Positions 36,078 through 45,391 of a stretch of DNA of 45,391 nt are shown one piece after another. The translations under genes were made by a program, and so were the position numbers. Every line of letters starts with the position of its first letter. The stretch's first letter is position 1. The notes beneath the pieces were generated by a model. The model did not search any database, was not told where the DNA came from, and saw only the letters and a program-made list of their open reading frames with translations. Source of the stretch: Candidatus Dormiibacterota bacterium (GTDB lineage Bacteria; Chloroflexota; Dormibacteria; Dormibacterales; Dormibacteraceae); contig DATCPW010000187.1 of assembly GCA_036569865.1 (NCBI GenBank), positions 1 to 45,391 on the forward strand. Direction: 5' to 3'.

Positions 36078-36961
36078 GCCGCCACCTCCTTGGCCGACGC
36101 GATCTCAGACAGGATCCCCTGCGGACGGACGAGGAGGACCACTATCAAGATCACGAAGGCGACGACATCCTTGTAGGAAGGGCTGATCAGCGTCGCCGCC
36201 ATCTCGCCTACGACGCCGATGGTGAGCGCTCCGAGCATTGCACCGTAGGGTTGACCGATACCGCCAAGGACTGCCGCCGCGATGATCGGAACCAGGAAGG
36301 CGGCGCCAGTGGTTTCGCTAAAGGTCGCTGTGTTGAGCACGAGCGCCACGCCCGCGATGCCGCACAGGGCCCCTGACAGCAGCCAGGCCGCGTCGATCAC
36401 CTGGTCGGTTGGGATCCCAGAGCTGCGCGCAAGGCCAGGATTGGTCGCGGTCGCGCGCATCGCCCGGCCCAGCTGCGTTTGCGTCAACAGGAGGTGGACG
36501 CAAACCATGGCCACCAATGCAATCGCCATGATCGCCAGCTGGCTGGCGGTGAACACCATCGAGCCAAGGTGGTAGGACGGGCCTTGCGACGCTTGATAGC
36601 TGAAGAAGGTCGGCCGGAAGATCGCCAGCAGCACGTTCTGGATGATCAGGCTGACCGCGATCGTGACGATGATCATCGCGAAGAGCCGGGTGCCTCTTTT
36701 GACGAAACCGAAATACACGAAGCGGTTGAGAAGCATCGAAAAGACGGCGCCGAACAGGGCACCGACAACCAGGCTGATCCAGATGTTGACGCCGGCATGG
36801 TTGGCGAGGTAGGCCGCAAAAGCACAGGCGGTCATGATGTCCCCATAGGCCAGGTTCAGGATGTTGGTGACGCTGAACTGCAGCGTGAACCCGACCGCCG
36901 CGATCGCGAGGATCGAGGCGGTGATGAGCCCGAAACCAAACGCCGGGATCAGCTGCTCCAC
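36074..36961 (-). CDS. HAAT-family ABC permease (LivH/UrtB-like)
   Basis: Polytopic, with a typical LivH-like N-terminus. Confidence 0.8.
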   Translation of the reverse strand: MEQLIPAFGFGLITASILAIAAVGFTLQFSVTNILNLAYGDIMTACAFAAYLANHAGVNIWISLVVGALFGAVFSMLLNRFVYFGFVKRGTRLFAMIIVTIAVSLIIQNVLLAIFRPTFFSYQASQGPSYHLGSMVFTASQLAIMAIALVAMVCVHLLLTQTQLGRAMRATATNPGLARSSGIPTDQVIDAAWLLSGALCGIAGVALVLNTATFSETTGAAFLVPIIAAAVLGGIGQPYGAMLGALTIGVVGEMAATLISPSYKDVVAFVILIVVLLVRPQGILSEIASAKEVAA

Positions 36962-37036
36962 GTCAACACCTGGGACACGCGATCTGTCTCTGAGGCTGGT
37001 TGCTCGGTGGTCAGCTTGCGATTCGTCCGGGCGCCG

Positions 37037-38341
37037 TCATTTACGCAGCTTCGCGATGTCTTCGGCGCTGACGACGGCAAGCTGAGGATTGGTGCCATTG
37101 CTCGCGTAGCCGATCAGCTCGAAAGCGCCGGTGGAGTTCTGGAACTCATCGAACGCGATGGGGCCGCCCGCGCCAACATAGTTGATCGTCTTGCCGGCCG
37201 CGATCGCGTCCATCCCCTCTTTGAACGAATGGACCTCGGTCGCGCCCGCGGCATTCCCGACCACTTTCGGGATGAAAGCGTTGTAGAAGCTGGGGTCGGG
37301 CGTTTTCGCCTCGAGCATGGCCAGCGCCATCATGATGATCGCGTCGTAGTCGGTTTCGGTGTACGGGTCCTGGCTCCACTGGTCAGGTTGAGGCACGTCG
37401 GAGGCCGAGGCGAGAAGCGCCGTGTTGTAGACATCCCAGGCCGGTCCCTGCGACGTCGAAAACGGTTGAGCGGCCGCGAAGTTCTGCGAAAGGGTGCTTC
37501 TGCCGATGGCACCGCTGACGGCCTTGATCCAGGGTGGCTGAACGGTCGGCTGAGTGCCGACGACGGGAATCATGCCGTGCAGCTGCTGCAGCTGGCTGAG
37601 GTAGGCGGCGTCGGTCTGCGGGTCGGCTTCGGTGAAGATCACGTCGGGATTGGCCGCCACTAGCTGCGTGACCTCGGAACGATATGAGCTCTGGTCCAGC
37701 GTGAGGGTCTGGCTGATGACGATCTGGCCGCCGAGCTTCGCGAATGCGCTCAGGAGGTTGGGAACGTTGCCCTGTGAGCTGAGGTCGTTGCCGAACACCG
37801 CAGCGCCCCTCCGGTAGCCCTTGTTGTAGGCATAGATCGCCATCGCGACGCCGGCGGCGTCGTCGGGCGGGGTCAGCCGGTAGAAGTACTTGTAGGTGCT
37901 CTTGTCAAATGCGGCCTGGCCCGAGTCCGCAAACATCGGCAGGTGCGCCCGGTCGATGATCGGAACCGTCGCCAGCGCCTCATCGGAGCTGGGCCCGTTC
38001 ATGCCGACCAGGTTTGAGGTCGTGGCGATCATCTTCTGGGCGGCGGGGACAGCGTCGGCGGGGTCGCCACGGGTGTCGACGGCGACGCACGTCACCTGGT
38101 GCCCGAGCACGCCGCCGGCATCGTTGATGGTTTTGGCGGCTGGTATGCAGCCGGCGGCCATCTCAGGGCCGAAGCTGGCATCCGGACCGGTGAACGGGTT
38201 GAAGCTGGCGAAGGTAAGCGTGCCGGTGTAAGTCTTGGGTTTGGCGCCCTCAGTTGCGCTCGACCCGCATGCGGCGAGCACCAGCAGCGCCCCGACGGCT
38301 AACGCAGCACGCACTTTGGAAGTGGCCAGTCGATCAGTCAT
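37037..38341 (-). CDS. Type I periplasmic-binding-fold ABC substrate-binding lipoprotein (434 aa)
   Basis: ALAVGALLVLAACGSS lipobox. The ATG at 38341 is preceded by GAGGGAAGG. The track start at 38422 was rejected. Confidence 0.8.
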   Translation of the reverse strand: MTDRLATSKVRAALAVGALLVLAACGSSATEGAKPKTYTGTLTFASFNPFTGPDASFGPEMAAGCIPAAKTINDAGGVLGHQVTCVAVDTRGDPADAVPAAQKMIATTSNLVGMNGPSSDEALATVPIIDRAHLPMFADSGQAAFDKSTYKYFYRLTPPDDAAGVAMAIYAYNKGYRRGAAVFGNDLSSQGNVPNLLSAFAKLGGQIVISQTLTLDQSSYRSEVTQLVAANPDVIFTEADPQTDAAYLSQLQQLHGMIPVVGTQPTVQPPWIKAVSGAIGRSTLSQNFAAAQPFSTSQGPAWDVYNTALLASASDVPQPDQWSQDPYTETDYDAIIMMALAMLEAKTPDPSFYNAFIPKVVGNAAGATEVHSFKEGMDAIAAGKTINYVGAGGPIAFDEFQNSTGAFELIGYASNGTNPQLAVVSAEDIAKLRK

Positions 38342-38365
38342 CTGCCTTCCCTCGCCCGCAATTCG

Positions 38366-38422
38366 GTAATTTGTCCGACAATTACTCGACCGGACTATAT
38401 AGTCGCCCGGAAGGCGTGTCAA
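38366..38422. promoter_or_regulatory. Divergent promoter with a shared palindromic -10 and an adjacent operator-like dyad
   Basis: Minus strand: TTGACA (38417-38422), 17 nt, then TATAGT (38394-38399). ACTATATAGT (38394-38403) is a perfect 10-bp palindrome and so also gives TATAGT on the plus strand. Dyad GTAATTTGTC-C-GACAATTAC lies at 38366-38385. Confidence 0.55.
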
Positions 38423-38463
38423 GAAACCTTGGATCCACGGGCGTTACAGAAAGGAGGCAATCC

Positions 38464-38865
38464 GTGACCCAACTGCAACGGCTACGACTTCCCGAGCAGC
38501 TCCCGGAGCCCATCAGCCATTACGCGGACGGCGTGGTCGCGGACGGTTGGATCTGGATTTCAGGAATGCTTGCCCTGGACGCCTCCGGCGCGCTGATCGG
38601 CGGCGACGACGTGGTCGCCCAGGCCGAGCGGGTGCACGAGAACATAGGGGCGGTGCTCGCGAAGGCCGGCGCGAGCTTCGAAGACGTCGTCAAGGTCACC
38701 GTTTACCTCCGCCGCATCGGCGATCGCGCTGCGGTCAACACCGTGCGCCGCAAATTCTTTGGCGAAAGCCGGCCGGCGAGTACGCTCGTGGAGGTCTCGG
38801 CTTTCGTCCTGCCAGACGCGTTGGTGGAGATCGACGCCGTCGCACGTCAACCGGAGGGCCACTAA
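38464..38865 (+). CDS. RidA/YjgF-family enamine/imine deaminase (133 aa)
   Basis: HYADGVVADGWIWISG...VVKVTVYL...PASTLVEVSAF...VEIDAVA. GTG at 38464 lies 7 nt after AAAGGAGG. Confidence 0.85.
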   Translation: MTQLQRLRLPEQLPEPISHYADGVVADGWIWISGMLALDASGALIGGDDVVAQAERVHENIGAVLAKAGASFEDVVKVTVYLRRIGDRAAVNTVRRKFFGESRPASTLVEVSAFVLPDALVEIDAVARQPEGH

Positions 38866-39626
38866 TGAAGCAGCCGAAGTTGGTCGACCTCACGCACACG
38901 TTCTCGATCCACACGCCCGGTTGGGTCGGCTACCCCTCCCCCAAGCTGAGCTATATCCAGCGGCACGCGACCAACGGGATCGTTTCGCAGTACCTGGAGA
39001 CGCCGCTACATGCCGGGACGCACTTCGACGGTCAGATGCACATAGTGTCCGGCGGCAAGGACATCGCATCGGTGCCCCTGACCACCCTGTGTCGGGAAGG
39101 AGTGATCGTCGACCTCTCTGACGAGATGGAGGACTGGTCGGTCATCACGCCCAAGCAAGTCACCGACCGCATGGAGATCAAAAAAGGGGACATCGTCGTC
39201 TTCCACACAGGCTGGCATCGCTTCTTCAACGGACGGCCGGAAGAGGACGAGGAGCGCTATTTTCTGCGCCACCCTGGTGGGGATCGCTCGCTCGCAGAGT
39301 GGATTGTGGAGATGGAGCTGGCGTGGACCGCCGTCGATTGCGGCTCGGGCGATCACCCGATGAACACCACGATTCGTACCAAGCGGCCGGACGCGACACG
39401 CGAGTACGAGAAGCGGATGGGCAAGAAGGTCAACGACATCTGGCCCGAGGAGGACCTGTTCGTGATGCATCGGGTCCCCTTCCGTCACGGCATCACTCAC
39501 GTGGAGAACCTGGGCGGCGATGTCGAGCAGGTGCTCAACAAGCGGTGCATGATCGGCGCCTTCCCGATTCCGATCGAGGGTGGAGAGGCCTCGCCGTGCC
39601 GCATCGTCGCCTTCGTCGACGAGTGA
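38865..39626 (+). CDS. Cyclase-family metal hydrolase (kynurenine formamidase / isatin hydrolase-like, 253 aa)
   Basis: PLHAGTHFDGQMH (HxGTHxDxxxH motif). TAATG overlap with the RidA-family gene. Confidence 0.8.
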   Translation: MKQPKLVDLTHTFSIHTPGWVGYPSPKLSYIQRHATNGIVSQYLETPLHAGTHFDGQMHIVSGGKDIASVPLTTLCREGVIVDLSDEMEDWSVITPKQVTDRMEIKKGDIVVFHTGWHRFFNGRPEEDEERYFLRHPGGDRSLAEWIVEMELAWTAVDCGSGDHPMNTTIRTKRPDATREYEKRMGKKVNDIWPEEDLFVMHRVPFRHGITHVENLGGDVEQVLNKRCMIGAFPIPIEGGEASPCRIVAFVDE

Positions 39627-39636
39627 GCTCGTCCTG

Positions 39637-40653
39637 ATGCTGTTTGGGCTGGCTTTCCTCGGCGACGAGGATTCGAGAGGGGTGATCCAATGGGCGCGGG
39701 ATCTCGAACGGCACGAGAACCTGAGCCGGCTGTGGGTCGCCGACGAGCACTTCCTGCGCGACCCATGGGTGCAGCTTGGAGCCATCGGCGCGGTGACCAC
39801 CCGGGTTTCGATCGGCATCTGCATCACCGATCCGTACATCAGGCACCCGGCGCTGACCGCCGCAGCGGCGGCGACCCTTCAGGAGCTCAGCGGTGGACGC
39901 GCGCTGCTGGGGCTAGGCGCCGGTTCCACAGGCTTCGCTGCATTGGGGCTGACGCCACGATTGCCCGCGCAGGCGGTTACCGAATGCATCGAGCTCTGCA
40001 GGCGGATGTGGAATGAACCCAAGGCGTTCTCGTACCAGGGGAAGCAGATCCAGTTTCTCGACGACTGCCTCGACTTCAAACCGTCAGCCGCGATTCCGAT
40101 TTACGTCGCGGCTCGCGGTCCGAAAATGCTGGCCGTCGCTGCGCGACTGGCCGATGCCGTCCTGATCGGCAGCTTTGTCCAAGGATTGGGCCTCGACTAC
40201 GCCCTGAAGAGCATTCATGAAGCCGAGGCGAGCCGTGATAAGGCATTGCCTCCGTTGCGCAAGGCCTGCTGGATCTACCTGTCGGTCGGCCCTGACTCGA
40301 CCGCGGCTCGACGTGGAGCGGCGCGCGGGCTCGCCCTGGCCCTGCGGAGCAGCCGCAAGATGCTGACCGAGATCGGTTACACGATCCCGGCGGACGTCCT
40401 CGACTTCGTCGAGAAGAGCAGGCATGCGTGGGATGCGGACGAGGTCGACTGGGTCGTCGCCAGATTGTCACAAGAGCTGATTGAAGACCTGACCGTGGCC
40501 GGCGACCCCACCGAATGCGTTGCCAAGCTCCGCAAGTTGAAGGGCAGGGGGATAGAGGAGGTGGCGATCTTGCCGTTCGCGCCTGCGGGCGGGAACGTGG
40601 AGGACATGGTCGAGCTGCTGTTCACCAAGGTCGCGCCGGCGCTTGCCGCCTAG
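39637..40653 (+). CDS. Luciferase-like (LLM-class) flavin/F420-dependent oxidoreductase (338 aa)
   Basis: MLFGLAFLG...LWVADEHF...LLGLGAGS...VAARGPKML. Confidence 0.8.
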   Translation: MLFGLAFLGDEDSRGVIQWARDLERHENLSRLWVADEHFLRDPWVQLGAIGAVTTRVSIGICITDPYIRHPALTAAAAATLQELSGGRALLGLGAGSTGFAALGLTPRLPAQAVTECIELCRRMWNEPKAFSYQGKQIQFLDDCLDFKPSAAIPIYVAARGPKMLAVAARLADAVLIGSFVQGLGLDYALKSIHEAEASRDKALPPLRKACWIYLSVGPDSTAARRGAARGLALALRSSRKMLTEIGYTIPADVLDFVEKSRHAWDADEVDWVVARLSQELIEDLTVAGDPTECVAKLRKLKGRGIEEVAILPFAPAGGNVEDMVELLFTKVAPALAA

Positions 40654-40665
40654 GCGGCCGAATTC

Positions 40666-41604
40666 TCAGCCGACGGCGAGGCTGGGCGCCAGCTCGCCGG
40701 CCGCGATCATGGCCTTGCGTATCGCATCGCGCTCGGCCTGAGATGCCGGCAGCAGTGGCTCGCGCACCGTTGCACGCGGAAGGATGCCCTGCATGACAAG
40801 CGCTTCCTTCGCCCGCGCTCGGTAGTTGCGCACCGGCGTCGCGAACATTGCTCTTTCGAGCGGCGTGAGGCGATCCATAATCGCCTTGGACTCTGCCAAG
40901 CGGCCCGAAACGGCCAGGTCGACCATCTCGGCAAGCTGGCGAGTGGGCACAGCGCCGAATCCGAGGAGAGCGCCGTCGGCCCCGAGCTCGAACGATTCGT
41001 AGATGAATGGATCGTCGCCGGTGAGAATCGCGATCGATCTCGGCTGCTGCCGGACCGCCGCGACCAGCTCAACGAAGGTCTTTTCGTCGAACGAAGCGTC
41101 TTTGATCGCGACGACGGGCGTAAGGCTGCAGAGCCGGCCGATGATCTCCGCCGGCAGGAGAACGCCGCCCAATGCAGGCAAGAGGTTGAAAAGGACGAGC
41201 GGCAGGCCGACCTTGTCCCCCACGGCGGTGTGATACCGAACCACCATGTCCGCGTCGAGGGGAGCCCCCTGAAAGGCGGAAAGGGGAAACACGAGAAATG
41301 CGGAAGCGCCGGCGGCCTTGTAGTCGCGACCGAAGGCGACCGCTTGGTCGGTGAACTGTGCCGGGAGGCCGGCGATCACCGGCAGGCGATCGCCGATCTC
41401 GTCGACCACGATCTCGAGCACCCGCACGCGCTCCTCGTGTGAGAGATGCGCTGCCTCTCCGGTGTCCACGTTGATGGCCACGCCGTGGATCGTGGTTTCG
41501 GCGACGTGCCTCATGTAGCGGCGTAGGGTGGGCTCGTCGATCTGCGCGTCCTCGGTCATCGGCAGCACCGTGGCCGGGAACAGCCCTTTGAAATCGATCC
41601 TCAC
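40666..41604 (-). CDS. DapA/NAL-superfamily class I aldolase/lyase (312 aa from GTG)
   Basis: FKGLFPATVLPMTED...GEAAHLSHEER...VAIKDAS (Schiff-base Lys context). GTG at 41604 is preceded by AGGAG. Confidence 0.75.
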   Translation of the reverse strand: MRIDFKGLFPATVLPMTEDAQIDEPTLRRYMRHVAETTIHGVAINVDTGEAAHLSHEERVRVLEIVVDEIGDRLPVIAGLPAQFTDQAVAFGRDYKAAGASAFLVFPLSAFQGAPLDADMVVRYHTAVGDKVGLPLVLFNLLPALGGVLLPAEIIGRLCSLTPVVAIKDASFDEKTFVELVAAVRQQPRSIAILTGDDPFIYESFELGADGALLGFGAVPTRQLAEMVDLAVSGRLAESKAIMDRLTPLERAMFATPVRNYRARAKEALVMQGILPRATVREPLLPASQAERDAIRKAMIAAGELAPSLAVG

Positions 41605-41657
41605 GGCTTTGCTCCTGGGACGGACATCCGCCCAATGGAACCACAATTAACGAGGGA

Positions 41658-42872
41658 CTAGGCAGTGTGGGGTCGGTGCGTTTCGCGGAATCCTCCACGA
41701 AGGCGATAGAGCGCATGTTCCAAAAGCCTGCGCCTCGGTGTGCGCCAACATCGCAGCGAGTGGTGCGACTCGTGCATTAGGCAGAGATTGCACGAGGTGC
41801 ACGCAACCGGTCCGCGACGACCGCCGGCGAGCTTCTTGACGAGGTCCGGCTCGCGGATGAACGGCCTGGCCAGCGCGATGAAATCGGCGTCGCCGCTCGC
41901 GACGATCCTTTCCATCGTCGCCGGGATCCGGATGCCGCCCACCAGGATGATCGGCTTGGAGACGCGCTGTCTGAGCAGGCGGGCCGGCTCCAGAAAGTAC
42001 GCCTCTGGATGCGGCGGCGACATCAAGCGGTGCAGCAGCAGGTCCCCCAATGCCCGTCGTGGGCCTACCGCCACGTATTCCTTTGCCGAGTCGCTGGGCA
42101 GGCGCATCGCGTTGCACGACACCTCGATCGCATCGGCGCCAACGCTGGCGAGGATCCCACCTCGTCGCACCCCCTCGGCAAGCTGCATGCCGCCGGGCAC
42201 CGCGTCCTCTAGGCCGACCTTGACGGTCACGGCTATTCTCGATGGCACCGCTCTGCGAACTGCTTTCAGCACCTCGACGAAGAAGGTGTCGCGAGCCTCT
42301 GGCAAACCTCCCCACCTATCGGTTCGCTTATTCGTCAATGGCGATGAGAACTCGCTGATGAGGTACCCGTTGGCGCCGTGGATGTGCACGCCATCGAATC
42401 CTGCCTGGACAGCTCGCGCAGCACCTGCCGCAAACGCTGCGATGGCCTCCTGGATCTCTGTCTCGGTTGCGGCCTCTACCACGCGACCGGTAAGCGCGTT
42501 GGGGATTGGCGACGGCGCCAGAGGGCGGTTGCCCACCACCCGCGATTGGCTGCCCGCATGAGCGAGCTGCGCGAATACCTTCCCGCCATGGCGATGCACG
42601 GCCTCGGCGAGGCGAGCGAGCCCCGGCACCATGCCGTCCTCGTGGATGCCAACCTGGCGGGTTGCGTACTGGCCCCGCGTGTGGCAATACATGTGGCCGC
42701 TGAGTATCAGACCGACCCGGTTTCGAGCGAGATCCTCATAGATTTCGACGAGTTTGTCGGTGATCTCCCCGGATTCTCCGGCCGCAGTCTCGGATGTGCC
42801 CGCTCGCACGATTCGGTTCGCGATTTCGACCGAACCGATGCGACCCGGTTGAAACAGGCCTCCGGCGGTCAT
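41658..42872 (-). CDS. Old-Yellow-Enzyme-family FMN oxidoreductase with a C-terminal Cys motif (404 aa)
   Basis: LFQPGRIGSVEIANRIV...QLAHAGS...VHIHGANGYLISEF...CTSCNLC. The start was chosen at ATG 42872; GTG at 42902 is an alternative. Confidence 0.75.
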   Translation of the reverse strand: MTAGGLFQPGRIGSVEIANRIVRAGTSETAAGESGEITDKLVEIYEDLARNRVGLILSGHMYCHTRGQYATRQVGIHEDGMVPGLARLAEAVHRHGGKVFAQLAHAGSQSRVVGNRPLAPSPIPNALTGRVVEAATETEIQEAIAAFAAGAARAVQAGFDGVHIHGANGYLISEFSSPLTNKRTDRWGGLPEARDTFFVEVLKAVRRAVPSRIAVTVKVGLEDAVPGGMQLAEGVRRGGILASVGADAIEVSCNAMRLPSDSAKEYVAVGPRRALGDLLLHRLMSPPHPEAYFLEPARLLRQRVSKPIILVGGIRIPATMERIVASGDADFIALARPFIREPDLVKKLAGGRRGPVACTSCNLCLMHESHHSLRCWRTPRRRLLEHALYRLRGGFRETHRPHTA

Positions 42873-42924
42873 AGTCGCGGATCGTACCAATCCACTAGCA
42901 GTCACTTGCTTTACACCTTCCCAA

Positions 42925-42944
42925 GCCGTGCCTAGAATCACGGC
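42925..42944. promoter_or_regulatory. Inverted repeat GCCGTG-N8-CACGGC in the OYE / BMP divergent region
   Basis: Read directly. It lies about 45 nt upstream of the BMP gene ATG. Confidence 0.25.
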
Positions 42945-42987
42945 ATTCGGCGCCCGCGTTCGATAGTCATGTTTAGGGGAGGCGAGC

Positions 42988-44079
42988 ATGAGACTGGCCA
43001 GGATCGTCGCATTGGCGTTGGCGGCATTGTTCGTGGTCGCTGCTTGCGGTGGCACCTCAACGACGCCCACAAGCAACAAATTGAAGGTCGCATTCATCTG
43101 GGTCGACCCCGTCAACGGGTCAGGCTGGACTCTCCAATGGGACCGGGCACGGCAAGACCTCGAGACCAAGCTTGGCGTCGAGACTATCGCCGTCGGCCCA
43201 ATCGCCGAGAGTGCGGACGTCATCCCGGTCTACGAGGACTTGATTCGCAAGGGCAACAAGATGATCTTCGCCACTGCGTTCGGTTACCAGCCGTTCACCA
43301 CGCAGGAGGCGAAGAAGCATCCCGACGTGAAGTTCATTGGGATCGGCCCTAACACGCAGGCGCCGCTCCCCAACGTGTCGACCGTTTACGGCAACCTGTG
43401 GGAGGCGCGCTACGCGACCGGAGTGGCGGCCGGTCTGATGACGAAGACCAACAAGATCGGCTTCGTCGTTGCTCACACAATCCCATCGGTCGTCGCGGGC
43501 GTCAATGGCTTTGCGCTTGGTGTGCAGTCGGTGAATCCGCAAGCGATAGTGAAGATCAGCGTGACCAACACGTGGTACGACCCGCCGAAAGAGACCGAGG
43601 CTGCCAACTCTCTGATCCAGGCCAACGCCGACGTGACGGCACAGCACGAGGACTCGACGGCAACGCTTCTCGCCTCGGCGGCGGCAAAGATCTACAGCAT
43701 CGGATCCGAGGCCGACACGCATGATATCGCGCCGACCGCCTACCTCACCGGCACCTATTACGACTGGAGCAAATACGCTCAGGACCAGGTGACGGCTTTG
43801 CAAAACGGCACGTGGAAGGCAGACGACTACTCAGGCGATCTCGAGTCAGGCCTCATCGCGGTCGGACCTCTCAACTCGAACGTCCCGGCTGACGTCGCGG
43901 CCAAATTTCAACAGGCGATCGCCGACCTGAAGAGCGGAAAGATCAAGGTTTTTACTGGACCCATCTATGACAACACTGGCAAGTTGCGCATTCCCTCGGG
44001 GACGACATGGACCACCGCCGACATCTATACAAAGACCAACTTCTTCGTCAAAGGAGTCGACGGCAAGGTAAGCCAGTAG
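42988..44079 (+). CDS. BMP-family (PnrA/Med-like) nucleoside-type ABC substrate-binding lipoprotein (363 aa)
   Basis: ALAALFVVAACGG lipobox. KVAFIWVDPVNGSGW...IGFVVAHTIPSVVAGVNGFALG is typical of the BMP family. RBS AGGGGAGG. Confidence 0.8.
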   Translation: MRLARIVALALAALFVVAACGGTSTTPTSNKLKVAFIWVDPVNGSGWTLQWDRARQDLETKLGVETIAVGPIAESADVIPVYEDLIRKGNKMIFATAFGYQPFTTQEAKKHPDVKFIGIGPNTQAPLPNVSTVYGNLWEARYATGVAAGLMTKTNKIGFVVAHTIPSVVAGVNGFALGVQSVNPQAIVKISVTNTWYDPPKETEAANSLIQANADVTAQHEDSTATLLASAAAKIYSIGSEADTHDIAPTAYLTGTYYDWSKYAQDQVTALQNGTWKADDYSGDLESGLIAVGPLNSNVPADVAAKFQQAIADLKSGKIKVFTGPIYDNTGKLRIPSGTTWTTADIYTKTNFFVKGVDGKVSQ

Positions 44080-44095
44080 CTGTCACAGCCGAGAT

Positions 44096-45391
44096 GTGGT
44101 GCTGACCGATAAGTCCTCTGCAGGGGCGGCGTCCGGTGAGGAGGCCGCCCCGAGCGCTTTCCTTCCCGTGCTCGAAGCCAAGGGGATCAGCAAATCGTTT
44201 GGCGACCGACTGGCGAACGACAACGTCGATCTGACCATTCATGAGGGCGAGATACGCGCTCTCCTCGGCGAGAACGGGGCTGGGAAGACCACCCTCATCT
44301 CGATCCTGTGCGGCCAGTACCTGCCTGATGCGGGAAACGTCGTCGTCCGAGGCCACACGCTGACCCTTGGCTCGCCGCGCGCCGCGCTCCAGGCGGGCAT
44401 CGGTGTCGTCCATCAGGACTTCAGGCTCGTTCCACGGTTCACGGTCACCGAGAACGTCGTCCTCGGCACCAACGCGTGGGGGAACCGTCAGGCGGAGAAA
44501 GATGTCGCGGCCCGAGCTCGCTCAGCAGGCTTTCGGTTGGAGCCACGCACGCCGGCGTGGGCGCTCAGCGTCGGCGAGCTCCAGCAGCTGGCCATCCTCA
44601 AGCTTCTCTATCGCGGGCTCGACATCCTGATCCTCGACGAGCCCACCGCGGTGCTGAGCCCGCCTCAGGCGGTCGCCCTCTTCACATCGATGCGAAGGCT
44701 CGCCGCCGATGGCAAGGCGATCATCTTCATCACGCATCGGCTCCGTGAGGTGAGCGAGGTGGCCGACGAGGTGACCATCCTTCGCCACGGGCGGGTGGTC
44801 GCAGATCGCAGCGTTGGCGGTCTCGACCATAGGCAGATGAGCGTCTTGATGGTCGGTGCCAGCGACGCCGATAACAGCCTAGTGTCGAGCTCTGGAGCAG
44901 CCGGGGAAACCCTGCTCACGCTGAGCTCGGTTACGGTCGAAGGCAGGGGCGTCAAAGCGCTCGACAGCGTCGATCTAACCCTGCGCAGAAAGGAGATAGT
45001 CGGAGTTGCCGGCATCAGTGGAAACGGCCAGACCGCGCTGGCCGAAGTTGCTGCGGGGATCATCAAGCCGGCCTCCGGCCGGCGCTCCTGCTCAACCGCA
45101 GCCCTTGCGCACATTCCCGAGGACCGGCTCAATCGCGGCCTGGTAGGCACGATGTCGATTGCCGACAATCTGGCATTCAGGCGGTACGGGAGCAGGTCGA
45201 TGAGCCATCCGCTCTGGCTTTGGACCGGACGCATTGCTTCACTGGCCCGTAGCCTGATTGACAAGTTCAACATCCCGACCAACCGGCCCGGATCCATGTT
45301 GGCGGAGCTGTCGGGTGGTGGCCTGCAGCGGGTGCTGCTTGCGCGCGAGCTGGCCGAGGAACCCGACGTGATAATCGCAGCGCAACCAACG
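44096..45391 (+). CDS. Duplicated-domain ABC ATPase (RbsA/nucleoside-importer type), 3'-truncated by the window end
   Basis: Not in the ORF track because no stop falls within the window. My own translation gives LEAKGISKSFG...GENGAGKTTL...LSVGELQQLAILK...ILILDEPT...GISGNGQTAL...LSGGGLQRVLLAREL. GTG start at 44096 or 44099. Confidence 0.8.
   Translation, partial: MVLTDKSSAGAASGEEAAPSAFLPVLEAKGISKSFGDRLANDNVDLTIHEGEIRALLGENGAGKTTLISILCGQYLPDAGNVVVRGHTLTLGSPRAALQAGIGVVHQDFRLVPRFTVTENVVLGTNAWGNRQAEKDVAARARSAGFRLEPRTPAWALSVGELQQLAILKLLYRGLDILILDEPTAVLSPPQAVALFTSMRRLAADGKAIIFITHRLREVSEVADEVTILRHGRVVADRSVGGLDHRQMSVLMVGASDADNSLVSSSGAAGETLLTLSSVTVEGRGVKALDSVDLTLRRKEIVGVAGISGNGQTALAEVAAGIIKPASGRRSCSTAALAHIPEDRLNRGLVGTMSIADNLAFRRYGSRSMSHPLWLWTGRIASLARSLIDKFNIPTNRPGSMLAELSGGGLQRVLLARELAEEPDVIIAAQPT

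Noticed and set aside
38342-38463. A guanidine (ykkC-type) riboswitch ahead of the DUF1989-containing operon.
   Set aside because: The leader is about 50 nt between the predicted -10 and the ATG, and most of it is occupied by the dyad. I see no ykkC-like conserved segments.

Overview
This is a high-GC bacterial chromosomal window. It is very compact, with many 4-nt start/stop overlaps, frequent GTG/TTG starts and almost no intergenic terminators. All functional calls come from reading motifs in the supplied translations and DNA by eye; no searches were run. (1) 244-2562, minus strand: a translationally coupled operon of a putative lipoprotein, a non-canonical NRAMP-like transporter and two PRC-barrel proteins. 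(2) 2.8-7.9 kb: a lower-GC patchwork. Four direct repeats derived from the 3' half of a tRNA-Asn(GUU)-like gene, with conserved flanks and short arm-type motifs, delimit three cargo segments that lack an integrase. The cargo is a truncated response regulator; MazEF plus three unknown genes; and a small protein with a membrane protein. (3) 8-16 kb: a second non-canonical NRAMP paralog, then a folE / 6-pyruvoyl-tetrahydropterin-synthase-like / SDR / glycosyltransferase cluster that may make a pterin glycoside. A methyltransferase, a ferredoxin-reductase-type flavoprotein and a GH15 hydrolase follow. (4) 16.2-17.5 kb: a tRNA-Gly(UCC)-like 3' fragment next to an IS481-like element. (5) 17.5-45.4 kb: a contiguous supercluster of about 28 kb that looks catabolic. 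It holds an 11-gene operon (GntR, Mo-hydroxylase L/M/S, amidohydrolase_2, CMD, DUF3891, epimerase, SDR, MaoC, CoA-transferase) and an orphan second Mo-hydroxylase large subunit with a CynX-like MFS transporter. It also holds a Liv/Urt-type ABC importer fused to two DUF1989 paralogs (the CgdAB protein family) with an SDR and an alpha/beta hydrolase but no carboxylase. The remaining units are RidA-cyclase-LLM, a DapA-like lyase with an OYE flavoprotein, and a BMP-type nucleoside ABC importer that runs off the window. I consider this supercluster, especially the carboxylase-less DUF1989 pair module, the best candidate for an undescribed system. The tRNA-fragment repeat array is second.
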